Below, piece after piece: positions 1 to 9,260 of a stretch of 64,000 bases of DNA. The notes beneath the pieces are model-generated. The model made no database searches, was not told where the DNA came from, and saw only the letters and a program-made list of their open reading frames with translations. The position numbers and the translations under genes are program-made. Source of the DNA: Alphaproteobacteria bacterium (GTDB lineage: Bacteria; Pseudomonadota; Alphaproteobacteria; Rhodobacterales; Rhodobacteraceae); assembly GCA_046569765.1 (NCBI GenBank), contig JBKHWC010000008.1:4280-68279 (forward strand). Reading direction: 5' to 3'. Within the stretch, counting starts at the first letter, position 1. Every line of letters starts with the position of its first letter.

Positions 1-1
1 G

Positions 2-328
2 ATCCCCTTTCCGCAGCAGACCCGCATCGCCGAGGAGGTGAGCTTCGACCGGCGCGAACTGGGGCTGATCCTGCGGGTTTATGGCCGGATGGTCGCGGCC
101 GGGGAATGGCGCGACTATGCCATCGCGGCGATGCGCGACCTCGCGGTCTTCGCGATCTTCCGGCGCACGGCCGAAACCCCGCTATATCGGATCGAAAAGC
201 GGCCGAAGCTGCGCAATCGCCAGGGGCTTTACGCCGTGGTCGGCATGGACGGGCGCGTCCTGCGCCGGGGCCATGACCTCGACCAGGTTCTGAAGGTGCT
301 GGAGAAGCGGATGATCGGCCCGGTCTGA
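2..328 (+). CDS. DUF2794-family small protein (5' end may lie outside the window)
   Basis: ORF 38..328 stays open back to the window edge. FDRRELGLILRVYGRMVAAGEWRDYAI...PLYRIEKRP matches my recollection of the conserved alphaproteobacterial DUF2794 family. Confidence 0.6.
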   Translation: MPFPQQTRIAEEVSFDRRELGLILRVYGRMVAAGEWRDYAIAAMRDLAVFAIFRRTAETPLYRIEKRPKLRNRQGLYAVVGMDGRVLRRGHDLDQVLKVLEKRMIGPV

Positions 329-341
329 TCCGGGCGAACCC

Positions 342-409
342 CTCCTCGTGCGACTGCGTCTCCTCGTCGGAAGGGACCGCGCGAGGAGTGCGCGAAGGGC
401 TGGACGAGC
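342..409. repeat. Degenerate copy of a ~70-bp palindromic intergenic element (family also at 24735 and 29867)
   Basis: ctcgtgcgactgcgtctcctcg ... cgaggagtgcgcgaagggctggacgag. The arm gactgcgtc vs gacttcgtc and the ctcctcg/cgaggag stem resemble the other two copies. It lies 13 nt after a plus-strand stop, between convergent genes. Confidence 0.4.
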
Positions 410-426
410 GGCCCCCAGGCCGCCGC

Positions 427-1242
427 TCAGGGCCGCTGGCGGGCCTGCACCAGACCTCCGCCCCCGGCCGATATCCGCGCCACCGCGTCGCGGATCCCCT
501 CATAGCTGACCGCCATCACATGCCCGTTGGCATGGATCAGCACATCCGGGTTCACCACCATGGCGACATGCCCCTTCCAGAAGATCAGGTCACCGCGGCG
601 CAACGGCTCATCCGGGCCAAGGGAGCGGCCCACCGCCATCTGCATGTCGCTGTCGCCCGGACAGTCCTTCCCCGACGCCTGCAGAGCCAGTTGAACCAGC
701 CCGGAACAATCGATCCCGAAGCGAGAGTTTCCGCCCCAGAGATAGGGCGTACCCAGAAGGCTTTCCGCCACATAGACCGGGTCCGCCGCCCATTGCCCGA
801 TCGGGCGCAGATGCGCGACCGGCACATAGCCGAAGGGCGTGCTGGCCCAGGCACCCCAGGAGCCGCTGACCGCCAGCCGCGAGCCCAGACTGACCGACAT
901 CAGATCCCGCGCCTGGACCGAGGGTTCCTCGTACAGATGCGTCGCGGGGGCCGCGACCCAATGCGTCGGCGCCGGTCCCTGGCCCAGCGCAATCTCCTCG
1001 ACCCAGCCGCAATAGCCGTCCTTGTCGGACCGCAGGAAGGCATGGCCCTGGTCGCGGTCGATCACCGTGACCGCATCGCCCATCAGAAGCTGCCGGTCCC
1101 GCGCCCCCCCGGGGGCGGCGCGAAGATCGGCCACCGGCACCACCACCTGCGCCGCCTCGCCCTCGGTCAGCGGGGCATGGATCTGCCCCTCCAGCGACAC
1201 ATGCGCCACCCGGCCGGAAAAGGGCCTGGTCCTGCGGTCCAT
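427..1242 (-). CDS. NlpC/P60 (C40) family peptidoglycan peptidase with an N-terminal SH3-like region
   Basis: C-terminal TPYLWGGNSRFGIDCSGLV and GDLIFW.GHVAMV catalytic Cys/His motifs. ATG at 1242 has GGGAGAG 7 nt upstream. The track ORF extends to a GTG at 1284. Confidence 0.85.
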   Translation of the reverse strand: MDRRTRPFSGRVAHVSLEGQIHAPLTEGEAAQVVVPVADLRAAPGGARDRQLLMGDAVTVIDRDQGHAFLRSDKDGYCGWVEEIALGQGPAPTHWVAAPATHLYEEPSVQARDLMSVSLGSRLAVSGSWGAWASTPFGYVPVAHLRPIGQWAADPVYVAESLLGTPYLWGGNSRFGIDCSGLVQLALQASGKDCPGDSDMQMAVGRSLGPDEPLRRGDLIFWKGHVAMVVNPDVLIHANGHVMAVSYEGIRDAVARISAGGGGLVQARQRP

Positions 1243-1283
1243 CTTTACTCTCCCACCACTTACAGGGGCTTCGGACCCCGACA

Positions 1284-2699
1284 CTAGACCCGCACCCCCA
1301 GCGCCTGCGGCAAGGCGCCGAGGATCGCCCGCGCGCCCTGCCCGACCGCCCCCTTGGGCCGTGCCGGCTGGTCGCTTGGCGTATGGCCGTAGATATCGAA
1401 ATGCACATAGCGCGGCACATCGACAAAGCGTCGCAGGAACAGGGCCGCGGTCACCGACCCGGCGAAACCAAAGCCAGGGGCATTGTCCAGATCGGCGATC
1501 CCGGGTTCGATCACGCTTTCATAGGCGTCGTGGAAGGGCATCCGCCAGATCGGATCGAAGCCTGCCGCCGCTCCGCCCTCCAGCGCGGCGACGATCTGGG
1601 GATCGTCGCAGTAGTAGGGCGCGAGATCCGGCCCCACTGCGACCCGCGCCGCGCCGGTCAGCGTGGCCATGCTGATCAGAAGGTCGGGCTTGTCCTCGCA
1701 GGCATAGGCCAGCGCATCGGCCAGGATCAGGCGGCCTTCCGCGTCGGTATCGTTCACCTCGACCGTAAGGCCCTTGCGGCTGGTCAGGATATCCTTCGGT
1801 TTCAGGGCGTTGCCCGCCACCACATTCTCGACCGCCGGGATCAGTACCCGCAGGCGCAAGGGCAGGTCCAGCGCCATGATCATCTGCGCCAGGCCCATGA
1901 CCGTTGCCGCCCCGCCCATGTCCTTCTTCATCAGGTTCATGCCGGTGGAGGGCTTGAGGTTCAGCCCGCCCGTATCGAAACAAACGCCCTTGCCAACCAG
2001 CGTCAGCTTCGGCCCCTTGTCGCCCCATGTCAGGTCCAGAAGCCGCGGCGCCCGCGGGCTGGCGCGGCCAACCGCGTGAATCATCGGGAAATTCCGCGCC
2101 AGCAGCGCCTCGCCCGAGGTCACCGCGACCTTCGCCCCATAGCTGCGCGCCAGAGAGTTCAGCACAACCTCCAGCTCGCCCGGCCCCATGTCCTGCGCCG
2201 GGGTGTTGATCAGGTCGCGCGTCAGTACCTCCCCTTCGGCCATGGCGATCAGGCGGTCGGCGTCCACCCCGTCCGGGCAGACAAGCCGCGCCAGGTCGGC
2301 AGGCTTGCGCCCGGGCCGATAGCGGTCGAAGCGGTAGCCCGCCAGCAGCCAGCCCAGCGCGGCCTCGGTCCGCTCCTCCGGGGACAGCGCGCCCTGTAGC
2401 GCCCAGTCGCCGGCGGGCAGCGCCGCCACCACCTTGGCCAGCCCGAATCGCAGTCGGCGCCGGGCCTGGGCCGTGCCATAGCCCGCGACCGCGCCCAGCA
2501 CCTCACCCTTCGGGCCCGGCAGCAGCCGCAACTCGCCCAGCCCCGCCTCGAACCCCGAGGCCCCAAGCCAGCCCGCCCAGCCCTTGCCCGCGCCAGAAAG
2601 GAAAGCCTCCAGCTCCTCGGGCCGCAGGACATGCAACGGCAGGGCCGAGGCCGAGGCGGGGGCGAAGCTCATGGCATTGGCGGCTTGGGGTCGTGACAC
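1284..2699 (-). CDS. M17 leucyl aminopeptidase family protein
   Basis: VCFDTGGLNLKP, MKKDMGGAA and NDTDAEGRLILADAL signature motifs. 471 aa. Confidence 0.9.
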   Translation of the reverse strand: MSRPQAANAMSFAPASASALPLHVLRPEELEAFLSGAGKGWAGWLGASGFEAGLGELRLLPGPKGEVLGAVAGYGTAQARRRLRFGLAKVVAALPAGDWALQGALSPEERTEAALGWLLAGYRFDRYRPGRKPADLARLVCPDGVDADRLIAMAEGEVLTRDLINTPAQDMGPGELEVVLNSLARSYGAKVAVTSGEALLARNFPMIHAVGRASPRAPRLLDLTWGDKGPKLTLVGKGVCFDTGGLNLKPSTGMNLMKKDMGGAATVMGLAQMIMALDLPLRLRVLIPAVENVVAGNALKPKDILTSRKGLTVEVNDTDAEGRLILADALAYACEDKPDLLISMATLTGAARVAVGPDLAPYYCDDPQIVAALEGGAAAGFDPIWRMPFHDAYESVIEPGIADLDNAPGFGFAGSVTAALFLRRFVDVPRYVHFDIYGHTPSDQPARPKGAVGQGARAILGALPQALGVRV

Positions 2700-2850
2700 G
2701 ACGGATGATCCTCTGCAAGCAAGGCGCGGTCTGGAAGTCCTGCGCCGGAAAGGTCTAACAATTTCTGAAGGCGCGGGAAATCCCGTCCTGTCTGCGCCGG
2801 AACCGCGACGGCCCGGCGCTACGGCAGAGTGCGAACCCCGCTGGCGATGT

Positions 2851-3231
2851 CTACCCCGAAAGGTCGGCCGTGCCCTGGTCGGGAGTCAGCGACCGTTCCG
2901 CCACCCGCAGAAGGCGCGCCCAGACGGCCGAAAAGGCCGTGCCATCCGCCCGCTCCAGGCAGTACTTCGCATCGCCCGCCACGGCGGCCAATGTCAGCAG
3001 CCCCATATCCTCGGACAGGCGGCGCAGGCGGCCCAGCTGGCGCGAGAGATCCCGCAGCTCTTGCGCGCGGACCTTTTCGGCGATCCCCGCCATCGTCAGC
3101 GCCAGCTCCCCCAGCACCCGCGTCACCATCTGTTCAGCCACCGGAGCACCCAGATTGCGGTAGATCACCGCAATCGCCTCGACATCCTGGCGCACCACGT
3201 CCCGCGGCCGCAAGGCCGTCACCTGTCCCAT
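2851..3231 (-). CDS. Hypothetical helical protein (126 aa)
   Basis: This is the 3' part of the 2851..4206 ORF. It has strong G/C third-position bias and protein-like composition (AVIYRNLGAPVAEQMV...LSEDMGLLTLAAVAGDAKYCLERADG). I recognise no firm family. Confidence 0.45.
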   Translation of the reverse strand: MGQVTALRPRDVVRQDVEAIAVIYRNLGAPVAEQMVTRVLGELALTMAGIAEKVRAQELRDLSRQLGRLRRLSEDMGLLTLAAVAGDAKYCLERADGTAFSAVWARLLRVAERSLTPDQGTADLSG

Positions 3232-3378
3232 TCGGATCACCCAAAGTCCAACACAACCCAGCTGCGATCCTGCGCGCTCATGCTGAAGAATTGGTTGCCT
3301 CCAATGGGCCGATCGCTGATTTTGCCTTTCGAATTTTCCACGAATGCCGCATAGCCGGGGGGCAGACGAGGACCAGAC

Positions 3379-4026
3379 ATGACCCATATCCGCCCTCTTC
3401 CCACCTATCTTGTGCAACGATTCCACGGCTGGCGGGCCACGACCTATCAGGACAACCGCGCCTGGTATCGAAGGCTGGCGGAAAGCGGGCAGCATCCGCG
3501 GGCGATGGTGATCTCGTGCTGCGACAGCCGGGTGCATGTCACCTCGATCTTCGGTGCGGACCAGGGCGAGTTCTTCATCCACCGCAACATCGCCAACCTG
3601 GTGCCGCCCTATAACCCGGATGGCGAATACCGCGGGACCTCGGCGGCGGTGGAATATGCCGTCACGGGCCTGGGCGTGGCGCATATCGTGGTGCTGGGCC
3701 ATTCGAACTGCGGCGGCGTGAAGGGCTGCCACGACATGTGCCGGGGCCATGCACCGCAGCTGGAGGAGAAGACCAGCTTCGTCGGGCGCTGGATGGACAT
3801 CCTGCGCCCCGGTTACCAGAAGGTCGCGGACCTGCCCGAGGGCGAGATCCTGCGCGCGCTGGAAAAGCAGGCGGTGCTGACGAGCCTTGAGAACCTCCTG
3901 ACCTTCCCCTTCGTGAAGACGGCGGTCGAGGACGACCGGCTGACGCTGCACGGGCTTTGGACCGACACGGGCGAAGGCGCGCTGGAGCAGTATGACCCGG
4001 CCAAGGGCGGCTTCACGCCGGTCTGA
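3379..4026 (+). CDS. Beta-class carbonic anhydrase
   Basis: Zinc-ligand motifs CCDSRV and GHSNCGG. 215 aa. Confidence 0.9.
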   Translation: MTHIRPLPTYLVQRFHGWRATTYQDNRAWYRRLAESGQHPRAMVISCCDSRVHVTSIFGADQGEFFIHRNIANLVPPYNPDGEYRGTSAAVEYAVTGLGVAHIVVLGHSNCGGVKGCHDMCRGHAPQLEEKTSFVGRWMDILRPGYQKVADLPEGEILRALEKQAVLTSLENLLTFPFVKTAVEDDRLTLHGLWTDTGEGALEQYDPAKGGFTPV

Positions 4027-4231
4027 CCGGGCCGTTTTCCCGCCCGCGGGCCAGGGCCTGGGCGGCAAGACCTGGTCGGGGATGGCCGGGAAACCCCGTG
4101 CCGAAGCGGCGGACATGGTCCAGCCGCACAAGGTTGCGCAGGACTGCGCCCGGCGTTTCGTCCCGCGCGCGGCACAGCGCGGCGAACCGCGCCCACAAGG
4201 CATCACAGCAATGGAAAAGGGTCTCGGCCAT
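4013..4231 (-). CDS. Hypothetical small protein, possibly ribbon-helix-helix-like (72 aa)
   Basis: ATG at 4231 lies inside ORF 4013..4309, downstream of asd on the same strand. MAETLFHCCDALWARFAALCRARDETPGAVLRNLV has a strand-helix pattern. The SD is weak and the C-terminal half is low complexity. Confidence 0.3.
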   Translation of the reverse strand: MAETLFHCCDALWARFAALCRARDETPGAVLRNLVRLDHVRRFGTGFPGHPRPGLAAQALARGRENGPVRPA

Positions 4232-4268
4232 GGACCGAGACCCTTCCACAGTCCAGGTCAAGAAAGCC

Positions 4269-5291
4269 TTAGCCCTTCTTGAGCACCTTCGACCCCAGGA
4301 GTTCCGCAATCTGCACCGCGTTCAGCGCCGCGCCCTTGCGCAGGTTGTCCGAGACGCACCACAGGTTCAGCCCGTTCTCGATGGTCGAATCCTGCCGCAC
4401 CCGGCTGACATAGGTCGCAAACTCGCCCACACATTCGATGGGCGTGATGTAGCCACCGGCCTCGCGCTTGTCGACCAGCATGACACCGGGCGACTCCCGC
4501 AGGATGTCCTGGGCTTCCTGCCAGTCCAGGAACTCCTCGGTCTCGATGTTGATCGCCTCGGAATGGCCTACGAAGACCGGCACGCGGACGCAGGTCGCGG
4601 AGACCTTGACCTGTGGGTCGAGGATCTTCTTCGTCTCGGCCACCATCTTCCATTCTTCCTTGGTCTCGCCCGAGTCGAGGAAGACGTCGATATGCGGGAT
4701 CACGTTGAAGGCGATCTGCTTCGAAAACTTTTTCGGCGGGACTTCCTTCACCGGGTTGTAGACCGCCTTGGTCTGCTCCCACAGCTCGTCCATCCCTTCC
4801 TTCCCGGCGCCCGAGACGGACTGGTAGGTCGACACCACCACCCGCTTGATCTTCGCGCGGTCATGCAGCGGCTTCAGCGCCACCACCATCTGCGCGGTCG
4901 AGCAGTTGGGGTTCGCGATGATGTTCTTGTTCTTGTAGGCGTGGATCGCGTCGGCGTTCACTTCCGGCACGATCAGCGGGATTTCCGGATCGTAGCGATA
5001 GAGCGACGAGTTGTCGATCACGATGCAGCCGGCTGCCGCGGCCTTGGGGGCATAGACCTTCGTCGCCTCGGACCCCACGGCGAACAGCGCGATGTCCCAG
5101 CCGGTGAAGTCGAAAGTGTCCAGGTCCTTGGTCTTGATAGTCTTGTCGCCGAAGCTGACTTCGGTGCCGAGGGACTTGCGCGACGCCAGCGCGGCAATCT
5201 CGTCCACCGGGAACTCGCGCTCGGCGAGGATGTTCAGCATTTCGCGGCCCACGTTGCCCGTGGCACCCGCGACGACGACCTTGTAGCCCAT
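4269..5291 (-). CDS. asd: Aspartate-semialdehyde dehydrogenase
   Basis: VVAGATGNVGREML NAD(P) fold and IANPNCSTAQMV active-site Cys motif. 340 aa. Confidence 0.95.
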   Translation of the reverse strand: MGYKVVVAGATGNVGREMLNILAEREFPVDEIAALASRKSLGTEVSFGDKTIKTKDLDTFDFTGWDIALFAVGSEATKVYAPKAAAAGCIVIDNSSLYRYDPEIPLIVPEVNADAIHAYKNKNIIANPNCSTAQMVVALKPLHDRAKIKRVVVSTYQSVSGAGKEGMDELWEQTKAVYNPVKEVPPKKFSKQIAFNVIPHIDVFLDSGETKEEWKMVAETKKILDPQVKVSATCVRVPVFVGHSEAINIETEEFLDWQEAQDILRESPGVMLVDKREAGGYITPIECVGEFATYVSRVRQDSTIENGLNLWCVSDNLRKGAALNAVQIAELLGSKVLKKG

Positions 5292-5381
5292 CGGGGTTCT
5301 CCTTTGTCCGTCCCGGACCTCGGGACGGGCGGGCCATAGCGCAAGCCCCGCGCCGGGGGAAGCGGATTCGTGGGGCCAGCC

Positions 5382-6551
5382 CTAGTGCGGCCGGTCCTGT
5401 GACCAGAGATAGACGAAAAGGCCGATGGCGGTGGCCAGCGCGAAGAACAGGAACACCGCCTCATAAGGCGCGGCGGGGGTGACCGGCTCGGTCGCGGCAT
5501 GGATCCGCCCGGTGACCAGCTGAGCGATCCCGATCGGCGCGATGCCGAACAGGTTCAGCAGCGTCACCCCGCGCCCGGTCAGATGCGGCGGGACGAAGGA
5601 ACGGCCATGGGCCAGCACGATGGGGAAGGTCGCCCCGAAGAACCCGGCCGCGACCAGAAGCGCCGTGGCCACCGCCGGCGGCGCAACCGCAAAGGACCAC
5701 AGCCCGACCAGGCAGGACAAGGTCACCGCATTGCCCGCGAAGATCAGCCATTTCCGCTGCCCCAGGGCGCGGTCAAGCGGCCCATAGGCGAAGCTGCCCG
5801 CGACCATGGCCAGCCCCATCCACAGGCTGATCTGCCCGATCTCCAGCTGCCCCGCGCCATGCACGTCGGCGAAATAGGGGCCGATCCACAGCCCCCGCAG
5901 CCCGGCGATCGGCGCATAGCAGACCACCATCATCGCCAGGATCGGCCAGAGCACCGGCATCCTCAGCAATTCCAGAAGCGAGCCGGTCCCCGCATGTTCC
6001 AGCCGCTCGGGGTCACGCACCAGGACAAGGATCCCCACCGCCACGGCCGCGGTGATCGCGGCGATGCCCAGCACCGTCTCGCGCCAGCCGAAGGCGGTGA
6101 CCGCCCAGGACAGGGGCAGAGAGGAGGCCACGTTGCCCAGCGTGCCCACCCCCAGCGTCAGCGCGGCCAAAGTGCCAAAGACGGCGGGCGAATAGCTGCG
6201 GGCGAAGATGAAATAGCTGGCCATCAGCACCGGCGCGCAGCCCACGCCGATCAGGGCCATCGCCAGCTTGATCTGCAAGGCCCCGGTGGCCTGGCTGAAC
6301 AGCACCGCCCCCGCCGCCCCCAGCGCCAGCAACAGCCCCGTGGTCAGCCGCGGCCCCACGCGGTCGAGCCAGGCCCCGATCGGAATCTGCATCGCCGCAA
6401 AGGCCAGGAACCACCAGCCCGAGGCCGAGGCAAGCTCGGCCGCCGTGACGCCCAGATCCTCGGTCAGCACCGGCGTCATCACCGCCAGGAAGGCGCGGTA
6501 GAACTGGCTCAGGACATAGGCGAGGACAAGGGCGGCGATGCCGATACGCAT
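5382..6551 (-). CDS. MFS transporter
   Basis: About 12 hydrophobic segments with typical MFS loop motifs. ATG at 6551 (MRIGIAALVLAYVL) is preferred over the upstream track start. Confidence 0.85.
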   Translation of the reverse strand: MRIGIAALVLAYVLSQFYRAFLAVMTPVLTEDLGVTAAELASASGWWFLAFAAMQIPIGAWLDRVGPRLTTGLLLALGAAGAVLFSQATGALQIKLAMALIGVGCAPVLMASYFIFARSYSPAVFGTLAALTLGVGTLGNVASSLPLSWAVTAFGWRETVLGIAAITAAVAVGILVLVRDPERLEHAGTGSLLELLRMPVLWPILAMMVVCYAPIAGLRGLWIGPYFADVHGAGQLEIGQISLWMGLAMVAGSFAYGPLDRALGQRKWLIFAGNAVTLSCLVGLWSFAVAPPAVATALLVAAGFFGATFPIVLAHGRSFVPPHLTGRGVTLLNLFGIAPIGIAQLVTGRIHAATEPVTPAAPYEAVFLFFALATAIGLFVYLWSQDRPH

Positions 6552-6634
6552 GGGGCGGACCTTTCGGACGGGCCGGAGGTTTGTGGCAAGGCGCCCCGCC
6601 GGGTGCAAGGCGATTTCTTGACGGAAATCGTGAC

Positions 6635-6677
6635 GGAGCCTTCAAAGGCTCCGAACCGGAATTTTCGAAAATTCCGG
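6635..6677. promoter_or_regulatory. Two adjacent palindromes in a divergent promoter region: a 7-bp-stem hairpin (6635-6652) and a perfect 22-bp palindrome ccggaattttcgaaaattccgg (6656-6677)
   Basis: Read directly from the sequence. The flanking genes diverge, so a terminator role is unlikely. Confidence 0.35.
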
Positions 6678-6741
6678 GTGCCCGGACTTGCGGGACTTTC
6701 GCCCCGGGCGTCAGATGGACCCATCCCTGCCGGAGAACCCG

Positions 6742-7788
6742 ATGCGCCTGTGCCTGCTCCCCGCCCTGCTTCTCGCCCCCCCTGCCCTGGCCAATGACGG
6801 TTTCGGCGGCCTCTCCGCCACCGGGCTGACCTTCGGCCAGACCGAGGCCGTGGCGATGGAGGAGGAACGGCTTTACATCGGCCTCGACCGGATCGCCGTC
6901 GATTATGTGTTCCGCAACATCACCGACCGAGACGTGACCGGCGAGGTGATCTTCCCCCTGCCCCCGGTCGGCGTCTGGTCGGGCTACGAGGCGATGATGA
7001 ACCTGCCCGAAGACCTGTCGCAGCCCGACCTGGTGGACTTCACCGCCACAGCCGATGGCCAGCCGGTCCCGGTCTCCATCGACCGGATCGCGGTGATCGA
7101 GGACCGCTGGGAGGAGGCCACCCCGCCCGCCCGGCAATACGACAACCCCGGCCGCGAGGTGACGGGCGACCTTGCCCGGCTGGGGATTCCGCTTACGCTG
7201 GACTATCTGGCCGTACGCGAGGCGCTGCTCGCCCTGCCCGAAGACAAGCGGGCCGAGGTGACGGCCCTCGGCCTGGCCGATTATTACGAAGGCGATGCGG
7301 CGCAGGACATCCCGCCCGACGTATGGGGCACCTGGTCCATCGTCACCCGCTATCACTGGACCCAGACCTTCCCGGCCGGTGCCGTGGTCCGCATCAGCCA
7401 CAGCTACACCAACCGCCCGCCGGGGGGCCTGTTCTACTGGTCCGACCCGCCCGAGGAGTATCAGGCCCGGCTGACCGATCAGTACTGCATCGACGAGGGC
7501 ACCTCACGCGCCATCGCCAAGACGCTCAAGCACCCCGACGGAGAGGAGTACGGCGATTACGGCACCGCCTATTACCTGTCCTACGTCCTGCGCACCGCAA
7601 ACAGCTGGGCCGGCCCCATCGGCCGGTTCACCCTGACGCTGGACAAGGGCGCGCCGGGCAACGTCATCTCGCTTTGCGCCGAGGGGGTGCGGAAGACCGG
7701 GCCCACCACCTTCGTTGTGGAAAAGACGGACTACTCCCCCGACCGCGACCTCGAGATCCTGGTGGTCCAGCCGATGAGCCTGGAATAA
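6742..7788 (+). CDS. DUF4424-family secreted protein
   Basis: Signal peptide MRLCLLPALLLAPPALA followed by NDGFGGLSATGL. Matches my recollection of DUF4424. Confidence 0.7.
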   Translation: MRLCLLPALLLAPPALANDGFGGLSATGLTFGQTEAVAMEEERLYIGLDRIAVDYVFRNITDRDVTGEVIFPLPPVGVWSGYEAMMNLPEDLSQPDLVDFTATADGQPVPVSIDRIAVIEDRWEEATPPARQYDNPGREVTGDLARLGIPLTLDYLAVREALLALPEDKRAEVTALGLADYYEGDAAQDIPPDVWGTWSIVTRYHWTQTFPAGAVVRISHSYTNRPPGGLFYWSDPPEEYQARLTDQYCIDEGTSRAIAKTLKHPDGEEYGDYGTAYYLSYVLRTANSWAGPIGRFTLTLDKGAPGNVISLCAEGVRKTGPTTFVVEKTDYSPDRDLEILVVQPMSLE

Positions 7789-7800
7789 GCCGACCGCTGC

Positions 7801-9036
7801 TCAGGCCGCTTGGGCAACCATCTGGCGTTCCCGGATCGGCAGGTGGACGATGGCAGAGAAGGCCCCGACGCCCACGCCGATCCACCAGACCAGCGTGTAG
7901 TCCCCATTCAGGTCATACATCCGCCCGCCCAGCCAGACCCCCAGGAAGCCGCCGATCTGGTGGCTCAGGAAGACCACGCCATAAAGCGTGCCCATGTAGC
8001 GGATGCCATAGATATGCGCGACCAGCCCGCTCGTCAGCGGCACCGTCGCCAGCCAGAGCGCGCCCATGACCGCCGAGAAGACCAGAACGCTGGCCGGCGT
8101 GATCGGCATCAGGATGAAGGCGGCCGCGGCAATGGTACGGCCGACATAGATCCAGAACAGCAGATACTTCTTGGGAAACCGCTTGCCCATATATCCGGCC
8201 GTCAGCGTGCCCATGATGTTGAACAGCCCGATGACCGCGATCGACACCGCCCCCAGGATCGAGGTCGAGGTGATCCCGATCCCCGCCAGCATCGACCCGG
8301 CATCTATGGGCGAGCAAAGCTCGGTCACGAAGGCGGGGAAATGCGCGGTGATGAAGGCCAGCTGATAGCCGCAAGAGAAGAAGCCCAGGAAGATCAGCGT
8401 GTAGGACGGGTCCTTGAAGGCCCGGACCAGGACGGTGCCCAGGCTTTCCTCCAGCTCCTGTTTCGTCGCCATCTGCGGGCTGCGCAGGAAGGGCAGCGCC
8501 GCCAGCGTCGCCAGGATCACCGCGGCGAAGATGATGAAGACGCCCTGCCAGCTGTAGGACTGCAGCAGGAACTCGGCCGTCGGCGCGCCGATCACCTGTC
8601 CGGCCGAACCCGCGGCCGTGGCGATGCCCAGCGCCATCGAGCGGTTCTCGGGGCTTGCCGCGCGGCCGACGATGGCCAGGATCACGCCAAAGCCGGTGCC
8701 CGCGATCCCGAACCCCACCAGGATCGCCAGCAGCTGGTGCTGCCCCGGCGTGACCGCATAGGCCGAGACCACCAGCCCCACGGCGTAAAGGATTGCGCCC
8801 CAGATGATCGCCTTGCGGTCCCCGAAACGTTCCGCCAGCGCGCCGAAGATCGGCTGGCCGATGCCCCAGGCCAGGTTCTGGATCGCGATGGCCAGCGAGA
8901 AATCGGCGCGCAGCCAGCCGAATTCGCTGGCGATCGGGATCTGGAACACGCCGAAACTGGCGCGGATCGCGAAAGAGATCATCAGGATCACGCAACCGGC
9001 AATCAGGACGGGGGTGATCAGGGGGGCTTTGGCCAT
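7801..9036 (-). CDS. MFS transporter (oxalate/formate antiporter-like)
   Basis: 411 aa with about 12 TM segments. GALAERFGDRK motif between TM2 and TM3. Confidence 0.85.
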   Translation of the reverse strand: MAKAPLITPVLIAGCVILMISFAIRASFGVFQIPIASEFGWLRADFSLAIAIQNLAWGIGQPIFGALAERFGDRKAIIWGAILYAVGLVVSAYAVTPGQHQLLAILVGFGIAGTGFGVILAIVGRAASPENRSMALGIATAAGSAGQVIGAPTAEFLLQSYSWQGVFIIFAAVILATLAALPFLRSPQMATKQELEESLGTVLVRAFKDPSYTLIFLGFFSCGYQLAFITAHFPAFVTELCSPIDAGSMLAGIGITSTSILGAVSIAVIGLFNIMGTLTAGYMGKRFPKKYLLFWIYVGRTIAAAAFILMPITPASVLVFSAVMGALWLATVPLTSGLVAHIYGIRYMGTLYGVVFLSHQIGGFLGVWLGGRMYDLNGDYTLVWWIGVGVGAFSAIVHLPIRERQMVAQAA

Positions 9037-9260
9037 GGCGCTCTCCGGGGTCCGGGCGGCGGAAAGTGCGTCCGCGCGCGGGCGGCGTCAAATGGAGAAT
9101 TGTGATGGATACGATCACCAGTTGCGCAGAACGCGGGCAGGACGTGGCGGATGTGCCGCAAGGCCGGCGGATTCCGGGGCAGCGGCCTTTTGCGGCAACG
9201 GGTCGGGCGGTAGAGGACAATTGTAGGTTGGCACCCTACAAGCGGGAATCGGAGGCGGCG

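Noticed and set aside
3232-4206. Upstream two-thirds of the 451-aa minus-strand ORF 2851..4206
   Set aside because: It overlaps the well-supported carbonic anhydrase gene on the opposite strand and has a shadow-ORF composition. Only the 3' 381 nt were kept, as a hypothetical gene.
9229-9244. Sigma-54-like TGGCAC-N5-AAGC upstream of aglA, and TGGCCA-N4-TTGC at about 55290-55305 upstream of the mgd operon
   Set aside because: The first has AAGC instead of TTGC at -12 and would start transcription inside or after the SD. The second has GG-GC spacing one nucleotide too short, and sigma-54 spacing is strict.
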